A stretch of 64,000 bases of DNA, taken from NCBI RefSeq assembly GCF_006345805.1, contig NC_043001.1, forward strand, positions 69,812,001 to 69,876,000, in the 5' to 3' direction. The translations under genes were made by a program, and so were the position numbers. Shown here piece by piece: positions 1 through 14,312 of this stretch. Numbering within the stretch: position 1 is the stretch's first letter; every line of letters starts with the position of its first letter. The DNA is from Octopus sinensis. Its lineage: Eukaryota. Under the pieces are notes generated by a model. It was not told the DNA's origin and did not search any database. It was given only the letters and a program-made list of their open reading frames with translations.

Positions 1-217
1 TAAAATGATCTTATAAAATCGAAGAAAACCTTAAATGAAGAATAGGTTATCTTCGATTTTATAAGAAGATGACATTATACCGAATTTTGTTCATTGCATG
101 CAACAGGTCATTGGAAAGACCGTTAGTCAAAAGGACAAAATCGTTTTCAAATGTGTATCTATTAAACTAATTTGTATATGTTTGCTGATAACCTTATTTT
201 TGTTCCATTCTAAACAA

Positions 218-259
218 AACTGTCCGACGAACGGGAACGTGAAACTCTGAGTAACCGTT
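218..259 (+). ncRNA. Minimal type I hammerhead ribozyme-like motif (U4C core variant) in a PLE-type terminal repeat
   Basis: AACTGT-CCGACGA-ACG(GGAA)CGT-GAAA-CTC(T)GAG-TA/ACCGTT. Stem I 5 of 6 bp, stem II 3 bp with GNRA loop, near-palindromic stem III, GUA triplet; (TA)n follows at about 288. Confidence 0.6.
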
Positions 260-285
260 CTTGTGATATTGTTTGTGCTTTTTAG

Positions 286-364
<79 letters not shown>

Positions 365-1860
365 TTGTATATATGTATATATACAAATATAAGGACAAGT
401 AAGGTTAATATACTAAATTAAATAAAATAATAAAATTATTAGTTAATAGGAAGATTAAGGGAAAGTAATTATGCTAAAATGAGCTTCCATAGATTCGGAT
501 AGAAGAAGACAAAAACTGGACGTGGATAACACAGCAAAAATATACGATGAAATATTAGGTGAAAATTCGAATGGAAAAAAAAAAGATTTAAGATAATTAA
601 TGAATAAGATTAATATTATATGTACTATTTATATGCTAATTATACAAATCTATGTATTCACATGTAATAATTATCCTGCAAAAACATGTACACACACTTA
701 TATTCGTATATATAAAAATATATATAAGAACATACAGACATACGCACATATATACATACTTATGCACACATATATACCTACACAAATATCGAACATAGAC
801 GAAAAACAAAGTGAATTTCTATACCCACATTTATGGGTAAGTTTCAGGGTTAACAGACGCAGTCACATCTTCTTGCCAGAGCTAACCTATTGCAATCCCT
901 CAGGGACAACCTTGTATCCCACCTAGTCTTAAATCCAAAACTATAGCAGTTACAAATGGAATATTTAGAGAGTGTCTATTAAATAAATATATAATAAATG
1001 TGTCTTTCACACTCATTTTTATCTGTCTGTTAGTTCACTCATTTGGAGTGAACAAGTTTACACAGATGATGTGCAATTATAGAAATGAGGAACATGAACC
1101 ATACTCTTTCTTTGTCTGCTTATCGTTAATATCATTATCAACACTATCATCGTTATATGTAGCAACATCATTTCTTCATAAACTTAATCTTTATCCTCAC
1201 CATGACCATTATCACAACCACCACCACACTTACCACCACTCCTACCGCCACCAGCACCAACACCACCACAACCACCGCCACCATCACCACCAGCATCACC
1301 ACAAAATCATCATCATCATCTTTATCACAACTATCGTCACCACCACCACCATCTCCACTACCATCACCGTCATTCAAAATGTTGATATATAAATAACCGT
1401 ATCCGAAATGAATACTAATAAAAATATCACCGATAATTACTATGTAATTATAAATGCCAAACTAATTTCTATTATGCTAATTAGAATACCTCCCAATGGG
1501 GTAGAACCATAAATAGAAAAATTCGGTGTATATTCAATCGATTATTTTCAAGTAAGAAGTAATTCATTTATAAACCAAAATCAAGGTAAATGATATTGTA
1601 ACTAGGCGATATTTGAACTCGAAAATATTAACTGAAGTATCTAAATAACACTTTATAAAGTTTGAAGCGCAGGGGACTTTTCTTTCTCCTCTTCCTCTGC
1701 CACCTCCACCTCTTCCTCCTCCACCTCCTCTTCTCCTTCCTCCTACTCCTACTTCTGCTCCTCCTGCTCCTCCTCCTGCTCCTCCTCCTCCTTCTACTCC
1801 TCCTACTACTACTACTGATAATAATAACAAATATTATTATTATTGTTATTATTATTTTAT

Positions 1861-2404
1861 TGCATGCCATCAAAGCGACACTGGGGTAAAATATACGAAG
1901 CCCAGTATACCCATCATGACTCCCCGTCTGATAAGGTCACACCAGGCACATGCATCACAACCATATGTGCACGACTTGGTGATCTCATATCAAGATTAAC
2001 AGTACATGACCTTACAGGTGGGGCCCAGTTAGAATTTTCTTCTGGACAAGTAACCCATCCCACTCAAAAAGGTCCCTGAATAAGGGTTGTTTAAGGATGT
2101 TGAACGAAACACCCATGTTTCCAGAGGTGAATTATCCAAACCCCAAAGAATCCCTCTCAACACATGGCTTTGATGCTCCCCCACTACTTCTGCTTGTGAT
2201 CAGAGATGCACATATCGTCAGCCACTAAGGGACATGCTCAACTGGTTAAGGTCAAATAACTGACATGCAAATCTGTGGTATTGAGCAGAATATTTGCTGT
2301 AGTCCATCTTTTATACCAAGACAAAGCAATGTAGATGATAACACTTCCAATCAGTTAAGAACAGAAGCCGTGAGAGCCACTGCCTGGTAATGCATCAGGG
2401 CATT
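1861..2404. mobile_element. About 540-bp non-coding interspersed repeat in a (TTA)n tract, copy 1 of 3
   Basis: Colinear with 20623-21164 and 23348-23905; (TTA)n on both sides. Confidence 0.85.
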
Positions 2405-2430
2405 TATTATTATTATTACTATTATTATTA

Positions 2431-2505
<75 letters not shown>

Positions 2506-2840
2506 TATTATTATTATTATCTTTTCTATCAGTAATTCAAACGGACGAAGGTGAGTTGATCCTTCCCAAGGCCAAGGTCAGCTTTGGCAATGATCACTAG
2601 TTGTTGTAAACACATTTGACCTCTGCTGACCGCAAGGGTGTGACACTTCTTTTGTTTCCTGATCGCACGAGGATACGAAGCCCCGCTACTGCTACTACTA
2701 CTAATATTTATGCGACAGAAGCCTATCTAGCCAGTCAACCAGCTATTCTACTTTTCTTGCTGCCGCCGTTTCCACTGCAATTGCTACTACTACTATTGCC
2801 GCTGCTGCTTTTGTTGCTTCTTCTACTACTACTACTACTA

Positions 2841-2883
<43 letters not shown>

Positions 2884-3140
2884 GCTACTACTATTATACA
2901 ATAAAGGCAGTAATTGACAATGGCGATAGAAGGATGTCCAGACAAAAACAGAACAACTACAACATCAGCAACACAGGTAACTACAGCCTACCAACCAACC
3001 CATCCCTCTCAGATCTTGTGACTAGAGAAAAGCCTAGCTAGTGACAAAAAACAACGCTAAAAAGCACCATGGCTACAGAAATAAAGATAAATGCAACGAT
3101 TTTCGGTTTTCATAATAATAATAATGATAATAATAATAAT

Positions 3141-4030
3141 GTTCGTCCTTCGGGTTCGAAGATGACCATTGACATCATTTGGTGGAATTGCTGCTATGAG
3201 ACCGGAGGTGGCTGGCGAGGCCTATCCGGGCAAGAAAGCCCCTCCCATAGGTGGGGCAGAAGTGGGTAGAGGCCGTGCTATTGGTGCAGGTGGCTCTGAC
3301 TTTCCGCATCTGGCGTTTCTGTTCTGCTGACTGAATCCGGCTCTCCTCGGCTGTCTTTGCTCCTGTGGTGATTGCGCTGCGCCAGGATGAGCGGTCGGCA
3401 GCAAGCGTCTCCCAAGTCTCTGTGCCGATGGAGAAGTCCTTGAGAGAGACTTTAAGACTGTCCTTGAAGCGCTTTTTCTGCCCTCCGACTTTGCGTTTGC
3501 CCTGGCTGAGTTCACCGTAGAAGAGCTGTTTTGGGATGCGAGTGTCGGACATGCGGGAGACGTGGCTTGCCCATCTCAGCTGGGCCTTGCGCATGATCGT
3601 GAAGGTGCTAGGGAGATCTGCCTGCTTCAGAACTTCCGTGTCTGGGACTTTGTTCTGCCAGCGGATGGGAAGGAGGTTCCGAAAACACCTGAGGTGGAAG
3701 TGGCGCTCGTGCCTTCGGTAAGCAGTCCACGTCTCGCAGCCGTATAGTAGGGTGGTAAGCACGACTGCCCGGTAGACTTTCAGCTTGGTGTTGAGGCTGA
3801 TTCCTCTCCGCTCCTTGACTTTCTTTCGCAGTCTCCCAAACGCGCTGCTTGCCTTGGAGATTCTGTTGATGATTTCAGCATCTATGTTGGCATTGCAGGA
3901 GAGAGTGCTGCCCAGGTAGGTGAAGTTTTCCACCGCTCGTAGGATCCGTCCGTTCACCTTTATCTGAGGCTCATGGTATTGTTTGCCGGGGGCTGGCTGA
4001 AACATCACTTCGGTTTTCATACACTGAACA
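3141..4030 (-). mobile_element. 5'-truncated RTE-clade (BovB-like) LINE: ORF C-terminus, 3' UTR and (ATT)n tail
   Basis: ORF 3175-4077 contains YLGSTLS, KVYRAVVLTTLLYGCETW, QLRWASHVSRM..RIPKQLFYGEL and a terminal zinc-finger remnant. The UTR ends GTCATCTTCGAACCCGAAGGACGAAC followed by (ATT)n. Confidence 0.92.
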
Positions 4031-4539
4031 TCTCCACCAAAGATTACAAGTGAGTAATAGAATCCCTGAGGCGTCATTGTGCATGATAGAAAGGTGTAGT
4101 TACATTTTTTTCAAATCACACCTAACATCGCAAAGAAGGACAGATCAGATAGTGTAATTTTGTATACGGCTGTCCGTGTGAACTGCGCAGGGAATTGGTG
4201 CCACCCCTGCTCTGCACATGACAATGTAACCTCTGAGTCTGTGGGAGTCCTGCGGCAAGGTACACAAAGTGATCTTGGCGTCTCAAAGCTTTGGTCGGCA
4301 ACCGAGGTAGGGCTGGTTTTATATTTGCGGTAGCCCTTTACATGAAAATCTCAAGTAAACACATCCGAGGTGCAAACCCTATAAATATGATTCCCATTCT
4401 TTGCAATGATAACAACAATTTCAAACCCAAATAATGGCATAAACGCGAAGACGCTCCTGGATGTCCCGGACCCCAGATATCCCGTGCCTAGCAGTGGACC
4501 CTCAGAGGGCAATGAAGTGGAAGACTAGACTTCGCCCAG

Positions 4540-5662
4540 TCGTAGTCCTCTTACTGGTCAAAATATGCAACGTAAATGGTCAGTTGATATGAACAAAAAC
4601 ACAATTAAGTGCCATGAACAAGCCTTGCTAGATAAGAACAAGGAAAAATGTAAAACCGTCGCAATAAGATCATTAGAAATTTGAAACCAGCTGGGTATGT
4701 TCCAGATTACTGAAAATGGTCTCACAAATAAGATAAGAATATTTCTTATAGAGGATTTCTTAATGAGGCCCAAATGCAAACAATGCAGCCTCAGTAGTGA
4801 TAACCTCCAGGAGGATAATGTAGGTGAAAATCAGCGAATGTGTAGGCAAGGTGAAGTTAGTAGAGGAGAGGTCGGTCAATGAATACAATGTGAAGTACCC
4901 TGTATTATGAGAGGATATGAGAGAAAAACAGTTATGAGAGAGGAACGAGGATATAATAGTTACAAGAACAGTGATCAAGCACGTGAATTTGAAAAGTTTC
5001 CAGCGTAACAATTTGAAACTCGCGAAAGGTTGAAGACGCTCTGGAATGCATTCTAACAAAATATCAAACGGAAAAAAGAAACTTGATCAAATCCGCTTCA
5101 ATTTTAGTAGGTGAAATGGTTGGAAAGAAAGAGGGGTAAGCAGATGGACAGAAGGAGCCATGGTAGAAGCGGAAAATTTAGCGTGGTTATCTGAGTTGCA
5201 CAGAAAAATGGTAAAAAGGGCAATGGAAAAATGCTAAAAAAAAAATGGTGTAAGGACATATCTTCACGCTACATACCAAATAGAAAGAAAGGAGTTAAAA
5301 CTATTATCGAAACCCTAAAACAGCATGTAAAGGAAAAGTACATAAAAAGTGCAACGTTACACTGATCGTATATCGCAGTTCTAGCAAAACAGGTTGTTCT
5401 CAAATAACCACAGGCAGTTTTTAAAAGCATAGGAGGAAATACAGAATATAATATACCTCTTGAAGTAGAGGAAACTCGCTAATGTTGGAGTAACATCTGG
5501 GGATATGATATTTTCCACAACCACAGTGCTGCGTAGATTCATTTCGTGAGATCCGAACACCATCATCCGGAGCTTCGACGACAGGCCAATGAGCAAATAA
5601 CAACGGAAGATGTCATTGCCCATGTATCAAAACTGCCAAACTGGAAAGCAGCAGGACCAGAC
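4540..5662 (+). mobile_element. Degenerate R4/Dong-like non-LTR retrotransposon, N-terminal ORF up to the start of RT
   Basis: Broken frames give RKWSVDMNKN, WSNIWGYD..HNHSA and ITTEDVIAHVSKLPNWKAAGPD; homology stops at GPD. Confidence 0.75.
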
Positions 5663-5689
5663 TCTACTAACCCGTCTTATTTTCTATTT

Positions 5690-6880
5690 TTTTCTTCTAA
5701 CGTCATTTGTTTGCTAAGCCTTATCGATATTACAATAATCTCTCTATTGAAAGCCGCCCACTACCTCTTGTTGACGACACCCCCTGTCAACTTCTGCTCA
5801 ACTAAATTGCTGAACCGGTCCCTGTAAGCCTTACATGCCGGAAACGACATGTTTAGCATGCAGTAAACGGGTTCTAATCTACGCGTCTTATCTAGGTCGA
5901 CCGTACAGAGTACAAATTTAAGGTCTGAATATGCGACCGTTTTAAAAACTGGACACCCTACACTGTTACTATCTATTTTCCTAATGAAAATCCTATATAT
6001 GTACAATCTAGATGACCCTAAGCGGTTGGTCCAGGTCTACAGTGGCGCATTAGGGAAATCTCGTCGATACCTGTCAGACATTTGGAACTGGCTAATCAGG
6101 TTCTTGAGGCTTTTGCATCCCACTCTTCTATCAGCTACTTCCACACAATCCCAATGTTGATCTAATATTCCCTCCAGTCCCCTACTCACAGTAAAGGGCA
6201 AGACGTACGTAGAAATGCTTCCAGACGCCTACAGAAATCTGGCCGGTTGGCTCCTGTAGAAGCGTAGATGGCCACCAGGCTAAAGACACTACTTTCACCG
6301 CTGCTCACGTCCAGGACCACCAACTTCCCGTCCGAGATCCACTTCTTTCCTAAACAGCACTGCCACCCTACATCCTATTCCTGGTCGACTAACAGATGCA
6401 AAGATCTGATAGTCGTCGAACATGGGGGCCCGTCGCGCGTGTATTGGAAATCCCGGTTTCCCTGACAGCAATTATATCCATTTCTAGAGACCTGAGGTCG
6501 TTGAGCATGCGTCCCTGCTTTCAGGATGACACCAGGCCCCGCACATTTAAAAACCCTACTGTTAGTTTGGCCATGTTGGCAAGCTAAAGAGAGAAAGGAA
6601 AGGGTTACTTACCTCCCGATGTCTTGTGCAGGTCTGGGGGTTCGACCTCCATAGTTTTTGGCGGTCTTTTTAGGGAACCCCTTTAAGAGCATCGATGTGG
6701 GTCTCACGTTCTGGGTTTCCACGTCCTCTGGAAAGTTCTCTCAAATTTGTGTGTTGGAATCGAGTGACATTCGCACCAGAAGTAAATCTGGTACACGAAA
6801 TGTGTTCGATTCGAAGATTACCCCCAGAACCCGTTTCAAATTTCGTGTTTTATGTTATGAGTGCCATGGTGAACAGTGAT
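5690..6880 (-). mobile_element. Degenerate Tx1-clade LINE fragment (ORF1 3' end and ORF2 endonuclease)
   Basis: MAKLTVGFLNVRGL at 6574 and SVGCPVFKTVAYSDLKFVLCTVDL align with ORF2 at 52453-55890; stops and frameshifts present. Confidence 0.85.
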
Positions 6881-7344
6881 AAATTTCATAACATATACTT
6901 TTTTTTGTTACTTCAATGCGACATCTGGTCACTCATTAGTAATTGCATCAACAATGTATTCCCTATTGTACATCCATTAAGATCGTCTAGCAATATATTT
7001 AGTGGCAAATTTATTTCAAAAATATAGTTTCCCAGAGGAATTTCAGCTTTTTTTTTTGATAGTTTTCAAATGTTCCGTCCAAAACAGAAATATAGTTACT
7101 AATACTATAAATAGCTAATTATTCAATGAAACCACCTGAATCGTGTATGTCGTGATGAATATTAAATTGACTGAAATCAGGCAGACATATGACCGACGGA
7201 ATTTCAGCTACACGGGCCCTATATCTGCCTTACTGCAATCAATTTTGTCTTTTCTGGACAGTAAATTTCCTTTGGCTTACCTGCATAAATACAAGATTTT
7301 TTTATAGCGCGCATGAATACATGTAATCAAACACACACATATAC

Positions 7345-7384
<40 letters not shown>

Positions 7385-7439
7385 GAGACAGAGAAAGAGT
7401 GAGAGAGAATGTGTATTGTCCGCTCCCATTCAATGCTTG

Positions 7440-8510
7440 ACCACTAATTAGATGTGTTTTTTTCTGAGCATGAGCATGTACGTGGCTTTTGTATCACGAG
7501 GACTGCTTGAGATTTGAATTACAAGCAGGGAAAATACGTCTTATTTCAAATAGCACATTTTTTAATGATTTGTGAATATTTAAATGCCTTTTTAGACCAG
7601 CACGGGGCTTAAATGTTTCATTACAAAGATAACACGTGTCCGTCCATTGGAATGGTCTTTGTGTCACGTGGGACAACTGCATGAACATGAGTTCTGTTAT
7701 ATGGACTTAAGCCAGCCTTGGAAAAACAAATCTTGTCACACGTTGATCAACAAACGAATGACGTTATTTCTGTGTTTAACTAGGTATTAATTTTCGACAG
7801 ATTTCTTTTCCATTTTGTTTAATTTTCTTTCTTTTCTTCAAAAGCTCTTACTGCAGTCCGGATCCTTTTCCCTATTTATTTACGTCAAGTGCAATAAATT
7901 CAACATATTCGTATGATATATTGAACTCTAAAAGAGTGGGTTTTAGCATGTTTATTATCAAGATTTCGGATTGTACTATTTTTGTCTCCTAGAAGAGGTG
8001 TGCGCTAATCCCCATTCATATTAAATGACCGTTCTAACACAGCAATTGGAAACCGGCATGCTGTGAAATGCTGAGATATTTGCTCTCTCTTAAACCTTTA
8101 TATCTTATGTAAACGACTTTTACATAATCCTGAGAATTTGAAGGGTACACATTGTTGAAAGCGTTCTTAGAAATTTATACGGTGGTTATAAACAGTCCAT
8201 GCTTCCACGGAAATAAAAAAGGAGGATAGTAAAAATGCACGATAAACCAAATCTTTTGAGATAACCCGGTGCCGAGAAAAGGAGTTAATGTGCAAGGCCA
8301 GAATTACACATTTGAATGGACCGAGAAACTTACTTTGGAAGACGGAAAACATCTTGAAAGAGAGAAAAAGGTAGAATTTCACTTCATTTAGAGATAAACA
8401 AAAAAAGAAGATAAGCAACATATTTATCCAATTTCCTGCGGATACTTCAAGAGAGAGGTGCGAGCAAACCCCATGTAAACTAGATAAGATTAGTGAGCTC
8501 TCCGTCATCG
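7440..8510 (-). mobile_element. Old RTE-clade LINE 3' fragment ending in C2H2 zinc fingers
   Basis: LVYRAFLLSSFFISVEAWTVY, QLLC*NGHLI*M and IRTAVRAFEE match the RTE C-terminus; then CYLCx12HLNIH and a decayed second finger. Confidence 0.7.
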
Positions 8511-9065
8511 GAAAACCAACTATGCGAATACTCCATCAACAAAAGATTAAATATAACATCAAGTATGACCGTATTAAACAATAGACAGAAACACCCTGGG
8601 GGATGTCGTCTCCATTTTTCCATACATTATCAGCTATACTCGATTTATCAATATCTCAATTTATAAAAAAAAATTAATTATTTAATTATTAATTATTGAT
8701 ATTTTTTTCTGGAGAATTGTTCGAAGAAATGCCGGTATTTTATTCTACTGCCGACAAAAAACTGCGCTTGCGCGATGGATTTGAAAAATGATGATGTATA
8801 AGCAAAAGGCACATGCTGGATTTGCCTCGTACTTATATCTTTAATCTAGGCGTATATGTTGATGAAGACTTCGTCTAGCAAATTATTTTATTTACTAAAC
8901 AAAGTCAGAAACCATGGTCCAGGAAATAGATGGCAAATGTTTTTATTTTTCATACCCTTTGAGTTTTTTATCCCTCATAGTGGTTTGGACTTTAGCTGTT
9001 CCTTCTAGCGTGAAAGGAATACTGTGAAGGATACCTCTTATATGTTTAAACGTACACTGTATATA

Positions 9066-9099
<34 letters not shown>

Positions 9100-9182
9100 C
9101 ACACATAAAGAGAGAGAAAGATAAATAGATAGATAGATGGATAAATAGATATATAGATAGCTAGATGATGCATATATATATA

Positions 9183-9213
<31 letters not shown>

Positions 9214-9297
9214 AGCATGTATATATTAATGCAAGTGAAACAATTGTCGGATACAGACATGATATTCTTCGTACATATTCATTGTTATATATTCAAT

Positions 9298-9480
9298 TTT
9301 TTCAGTTATTTGACTGTGGCCATGCTAGAGGATAGCCTTTATTCGAACAAATCGATCCCAGAATATATTCTTTGTAAGCCTAGTAAATATTCTGTAGGTC
9401 TCTTTGCCGAACCGCTAGGTTACGGGGATGTAAACACACCACCATCGGTTGTCAAGCGGGGACAAACATAGACACAGAAA
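9298..9480 (+). mobile_element. SINE family S1, 3' portion in inverted orientation
   Basis: Matches 62976-63150 (tttgactg.ggccatgct..gccgaaccgcta). Confidence 0.8.
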
Positions 9481-9510
9481 CACACACACACACACACCCG
9501 CACACACACT

Positions 9511-9565
<55 letters not shown>

Positions 9566-9569
9566 ATAT

Positions 9570-9617
<48 letters not shown>

Positions 9618-12600
9618 GTATGTATATATATACATAAGTGCGTTTGTGTGCGTGTACATTTATATTCTCATAATATTTATCAAGTTTCCATTCACCATGA
9701 TCTTCAGAAACAACGCCACATAATACAAAATTCTAGCAAATTAATACACATGCATATTTATGTGTATGTCTATTTCTATATGGAAGTTTATGTTATGTTC
9801 GAATGTTTGTGCATGTGTATATATTTACAATACATATCAAAATATAGCCGAGTTTATTCTGTTTATAGCAATCGACCAAGAAGGCTCCAGTTCAGATGTT
9901 CATAAATGATTGTACTGTAACCAGTGTAGTTGTTTTTAATACACAAAATATATCAACATTTTATATATTTTGGGAATATCCTCTAAACATATTTCTTACA
10001 CATTGCATTTTGTTTACAGATATACACGTTAATTGAAACTAAAATCAAATAGCTTTGTTTGAATTTAATGTTTTGCCAATCTCCAATATACAATGTCATC
10101 TTTTAGCTCAATTTCAAAAATACTTCCTCGCTGTGTAAACAAATAAATGAGAATTTTATTTTTTTTACATTACTAATATTATTTTTATGGAAGCCAAAAT
10201 TTCCTGATACATTCTTGAACAAAGAAAATATAATAATATAAACTCATTTGTAATTAAACGGTGCTCTAACCACCAATGACAAAATTTGTTTATGGTTGGA
10301 GATTGCAACCTATATGTATTGAACAAATAATGTAAATTAATTTTAAATTCTTAATTACGAAATGTTATTACCAGATCTTAACTTTCCAAGACTATAAACT
10401 GATTAACACATAATATTTACATGTTATATTACTTCTTTATTTCATTAATTTTTCTTAAAAAACATCTCCGTTTCACAATCAACAATATTTTCATGAAATC
10501 ATATCAATAAGAATTTCGTTTTATGTTCTTTTCAACTTTATTTTCACTCAACATACATTATTATATTTTGATGCAATCTTAAAATATTTCCAAGTCACTA
10601 GATTTTTAATTAATTATCCAATACAATGCATTTCTATGCTACTTTGAATTTACCTCTCGTTCACCTTATTAAAATATTCAAAGGAAAAGAATCTACAATT
10701 CACAATAATAATATAAAGCGAACCCCGTTCAGGTGGCTGGCCGTGAATATTGTTTTCTCTAGTAAAGTCCAACTGCGATTAAACTTTTTTTCCGTGGTTT
10801 ACGGCACTTTCAGAGAAATATTAAAGCCTTGATGTATTTCTAAACAATTTATTATGTCTTGATTTATGCCACAATAGAGTAGCATTAATAGAAAAGCCAC
10901 TTGATCTATACTTAAACTTGAATTCAAATCCTCTTCAACATTGCAGTTTTTACTGTTAAAGTAACATATAATTAGATTCTAATTTATACTACGTATCGTT
11001 TTGTTTACCCGGAGATGTATATTATAACCTAAAGCTAGGTAACAGGCTTTGAACTGTTTATTATGGTTTCTACGTGGATTCACAACTCTAAATCTTGTCA
11101 AGAAGAATTATAATATAAGACATGCTTGTCATAAAGCGCCTTCTCTTCTGAGAAGTATCTATGATGACACAACACAATGGATCAATTTCTTTGTCGAAAG
11201 AAACTAACATGTGATTAAATGTGTAGACTTTAGGAGACTGCATCAAAATGTTTCTTACGACGGCTCTAGTGCCTAAAGCTTTCCTACATTGCTAATATTA
11301 TGAATTCCGTAACACCGCATAAAAAGATGATAAACGTATTTTCTACTATAATGTTTTAAAATTCGTCCTTACTAGCTACACTTCAAATGGCTAACTAGTC
11401 TGATACAGTATACTTAATTTCACCACAAATATTCACCTAAAAATATCCTAACATAAAACAGGTCTTTGTGTTGATGAATAAATATGTGCATAATTTTCTG
11501 ACTTATATTAAAAATGTAAAAGTTTTTCCTAATGAAAATGCTCTCCTGATGAAAATATTGAAAGCCGCGGACACTCTGGAACGTTGTAAAGTACAAAGCT
11601 CAACAGTATGTATTGCTTGCAGTTCTTTTACAGATTAAAGCGCATCTATTTTGAAATAAAAGCAATTAAATATATTTTCCGTTCCTCTTTCATTTGAGTG
11701 GTGTTTGGCTTAGAGGAGCCTGTAATGTTCTCGATGCCAATCGAAACCACTATTTTTATTATATCAAGATGGAAAGTCCCTTTACAACATTAAAAAATAT
11801 GCGAAGAACTTTTACTACGGGTTAAGCAATTCCAGTGCATACCTGGCACTTATTTTTTGATAATTGAATGTCGTGAATCCCATGACTCGTACACCTGGAA
11901 CTATGCCCACGTAGAATTGAGCAAGCCCACATTACACTGCATTGAACAGGATGCTGGCCCGAATATGGTCAATTCTCGTCTATAATTGGAATAAATTGCA
12001 GGTAAGTGGAATTCAGCAACATGTAAGGAAGCATTTTTCGTTACGTATACAACGTATCGCACAGTCAAGGAATTGAAACCTTATAATTGTCAATAAAAAA
12101 CTCTAACCACAAGACCACGCGCTTTCACGTAAGAACACATTGCAATGAAATAATTTGCCCTGTGTACGCATAATTTTCATTTATGATTTTTTTTTCAGTG
12201 GAATAAATGAATATTTAATTAATATCAGATGAGCGAAGATTATATTTGAAATAACTATACTACCATATTTTCAGCTTCCTGGGAGAGTCATTATTATTTT
12301 GCTCAAAATGAAGCTAGGGTAACGTGAAACAAAATTAAGTTCTGGAAGTTGAATAATCACTACTTAGAATAATCACACACACATATGTATGTATATATAC
12401 ATACGTATGTATAAATATATGTGTGTGTGTATGTGCGTTTGTGTGTGTAAATATAGAGATATAGAAAGAAGAAAGGGGAAGAGTGAGATACTTATTCGCT
12501 TTTATAAATGCAAGAGTTGTGTATGCGTGTATGAACGCGTGCTTGTGTGTATGTATTTGTGTGCGAGCATGCGCTTGCGTACATGTTTGTGTGTAAACGA

Positions 12601-13927
12601 GGCATACGCTTCACGCACTATCAAAACTGCATGAAAAAATCACATTATGGCTATTTAATTCTCATCCTAATGTCTTCATGTATGTGCATAGAATTTTAAA
12701 TAGTCAGGCCATTTCATCGTATCTAGAGCATGTACTTTTTAGTACAGCCATTATTATAGTGTATTGGCAAAAGAACAAAGTAATAAATTATAATGTAATT
12801 TGAAAAAAATGTATATTGCACGCATATAGCATTATGTATACAGCATATTCAATTATAATATAATCTTCCGAACGTGAATCGGAATTAATTCTTGAGTAAG
12901 ACACATATAAATTTAAGGGAAGTATTCTTTTACAATTGCTGGTCACAACTCCTAAAATAAACAGACTCAGCAAGAAATGTCCTCCTGGTTAGCACATCTC
13001 GCTAGACAACAACGCAGGGGATATTTTGTGACGAACATGTCTCTAGCTATGCGATCTTGAGTTCAGTCCCACAGGACGGCATCTTAGACATATCTTTTCC
13101 ATAATAGCCCCGCGTGGGTATAGTAGACAGCAAGAGAAAGATGTCTCACGTATATATATATATAAATTCATATATACATATATACTTTACTACCACTTGA
13201 TAACTGAATTTAATCTGATTACGTTCTCATAATTAAGCGGTTCAGAAAAGGAGGTCGAAAAGGTGCTTAACAGAATTTAAAAATAAGATTTCGATTAGTT
13301 AAGTCGTTGATCCAGTATGGCTGTAGGATGGTATCTGAAACAATTACAAATAAAGGGAGTAATATAAGTGCCAACGCTTCCTAGGGACGACACATCACCA
13401 TCTTTGAATAAAAACTACCTTAGATGAACAGTTCGGAAAGCAAAATGTTTTTAAATACAGTAGCTACTGGCGTTCACCAACACAAATACGTTAGGTGATA
13501 TCAACGACGTTTACGTTATGGAGCTGTTCCTAATTTGAATTTCATTCAATCAAAATATTTGTTTATGTATTAATTTTCAGCTAATTATGTAATAACAATC
13601 CGTTTGATGATGTTTGCATCTAAGTTAAGAGAATATCTATATAGCAACTGGAATGAATTTTTTGAAATGTGAGATGGTATACTATAACACCAAATGATGC
13701 ACTGACCATTCGTTTTAGCCAAGTTCAAACCTATGAAATGTCATAACAGCTATTTCTATTCGACTGTCGTCATTGTTTACTGGCTTTTATCATTGAGTCG
13801 AAGTATTAAGCTCTTGAATGTCGTAGGTATAATTTGTCCAGTAAATAAACAGTAATACATTTTATAAAATGTATATATAATATATATAGAGAGATAGATA
13901 TACATATGTAGATACATACACACACAC

Positions 13928-13967
<40 letters not shown>

Positions 13968-14124
13968 TACGACGGACTTCTTTCAGTTTCCGTCTACCAA
14001 ATCCACTCACAAGGCTTTGGTCGGCCCGAGGCTATAGTAGAAGACACTTGCTCAAGGTGCCACGCAGTGGGACTGAACCCGGAACCATGTGGTTGGTAAA
14101 GAAGCTACTTACCACACAGCCACT
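13968..14124 (-). mobile_element. tRNA-derived SINE family S1, 5' portion
   Basis: GTGGCTGTGTGGTAAGTAGC..GGTTCCGGGTTCAGTCCC with A/B-box-like motifs; homologous to 28419-28585 and 63196-63345. Confidence 0.85.
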
Positions 14125-14153
14125 ATATATATATATATGTATATAAATACATA

Positions 14154-14222
<69 letters not shown>

Positions 14223-14232
14223 ATATATATAT

Positions 14233-14309
<77 letters not shown>

Positions 14310-14312
<3 letters not shown>

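Noticed and set aside
7494-7688. Host C2H2 zinc-finger gene
   Set aside because: No TGEKP linkers, and it lies directly downstream of RTE motifs in the same orientation.
11540-11575. CTGATGA..GAAA hammerhead candidate
   Set aside because: No NUH triplet, stem III or stem I pairing.
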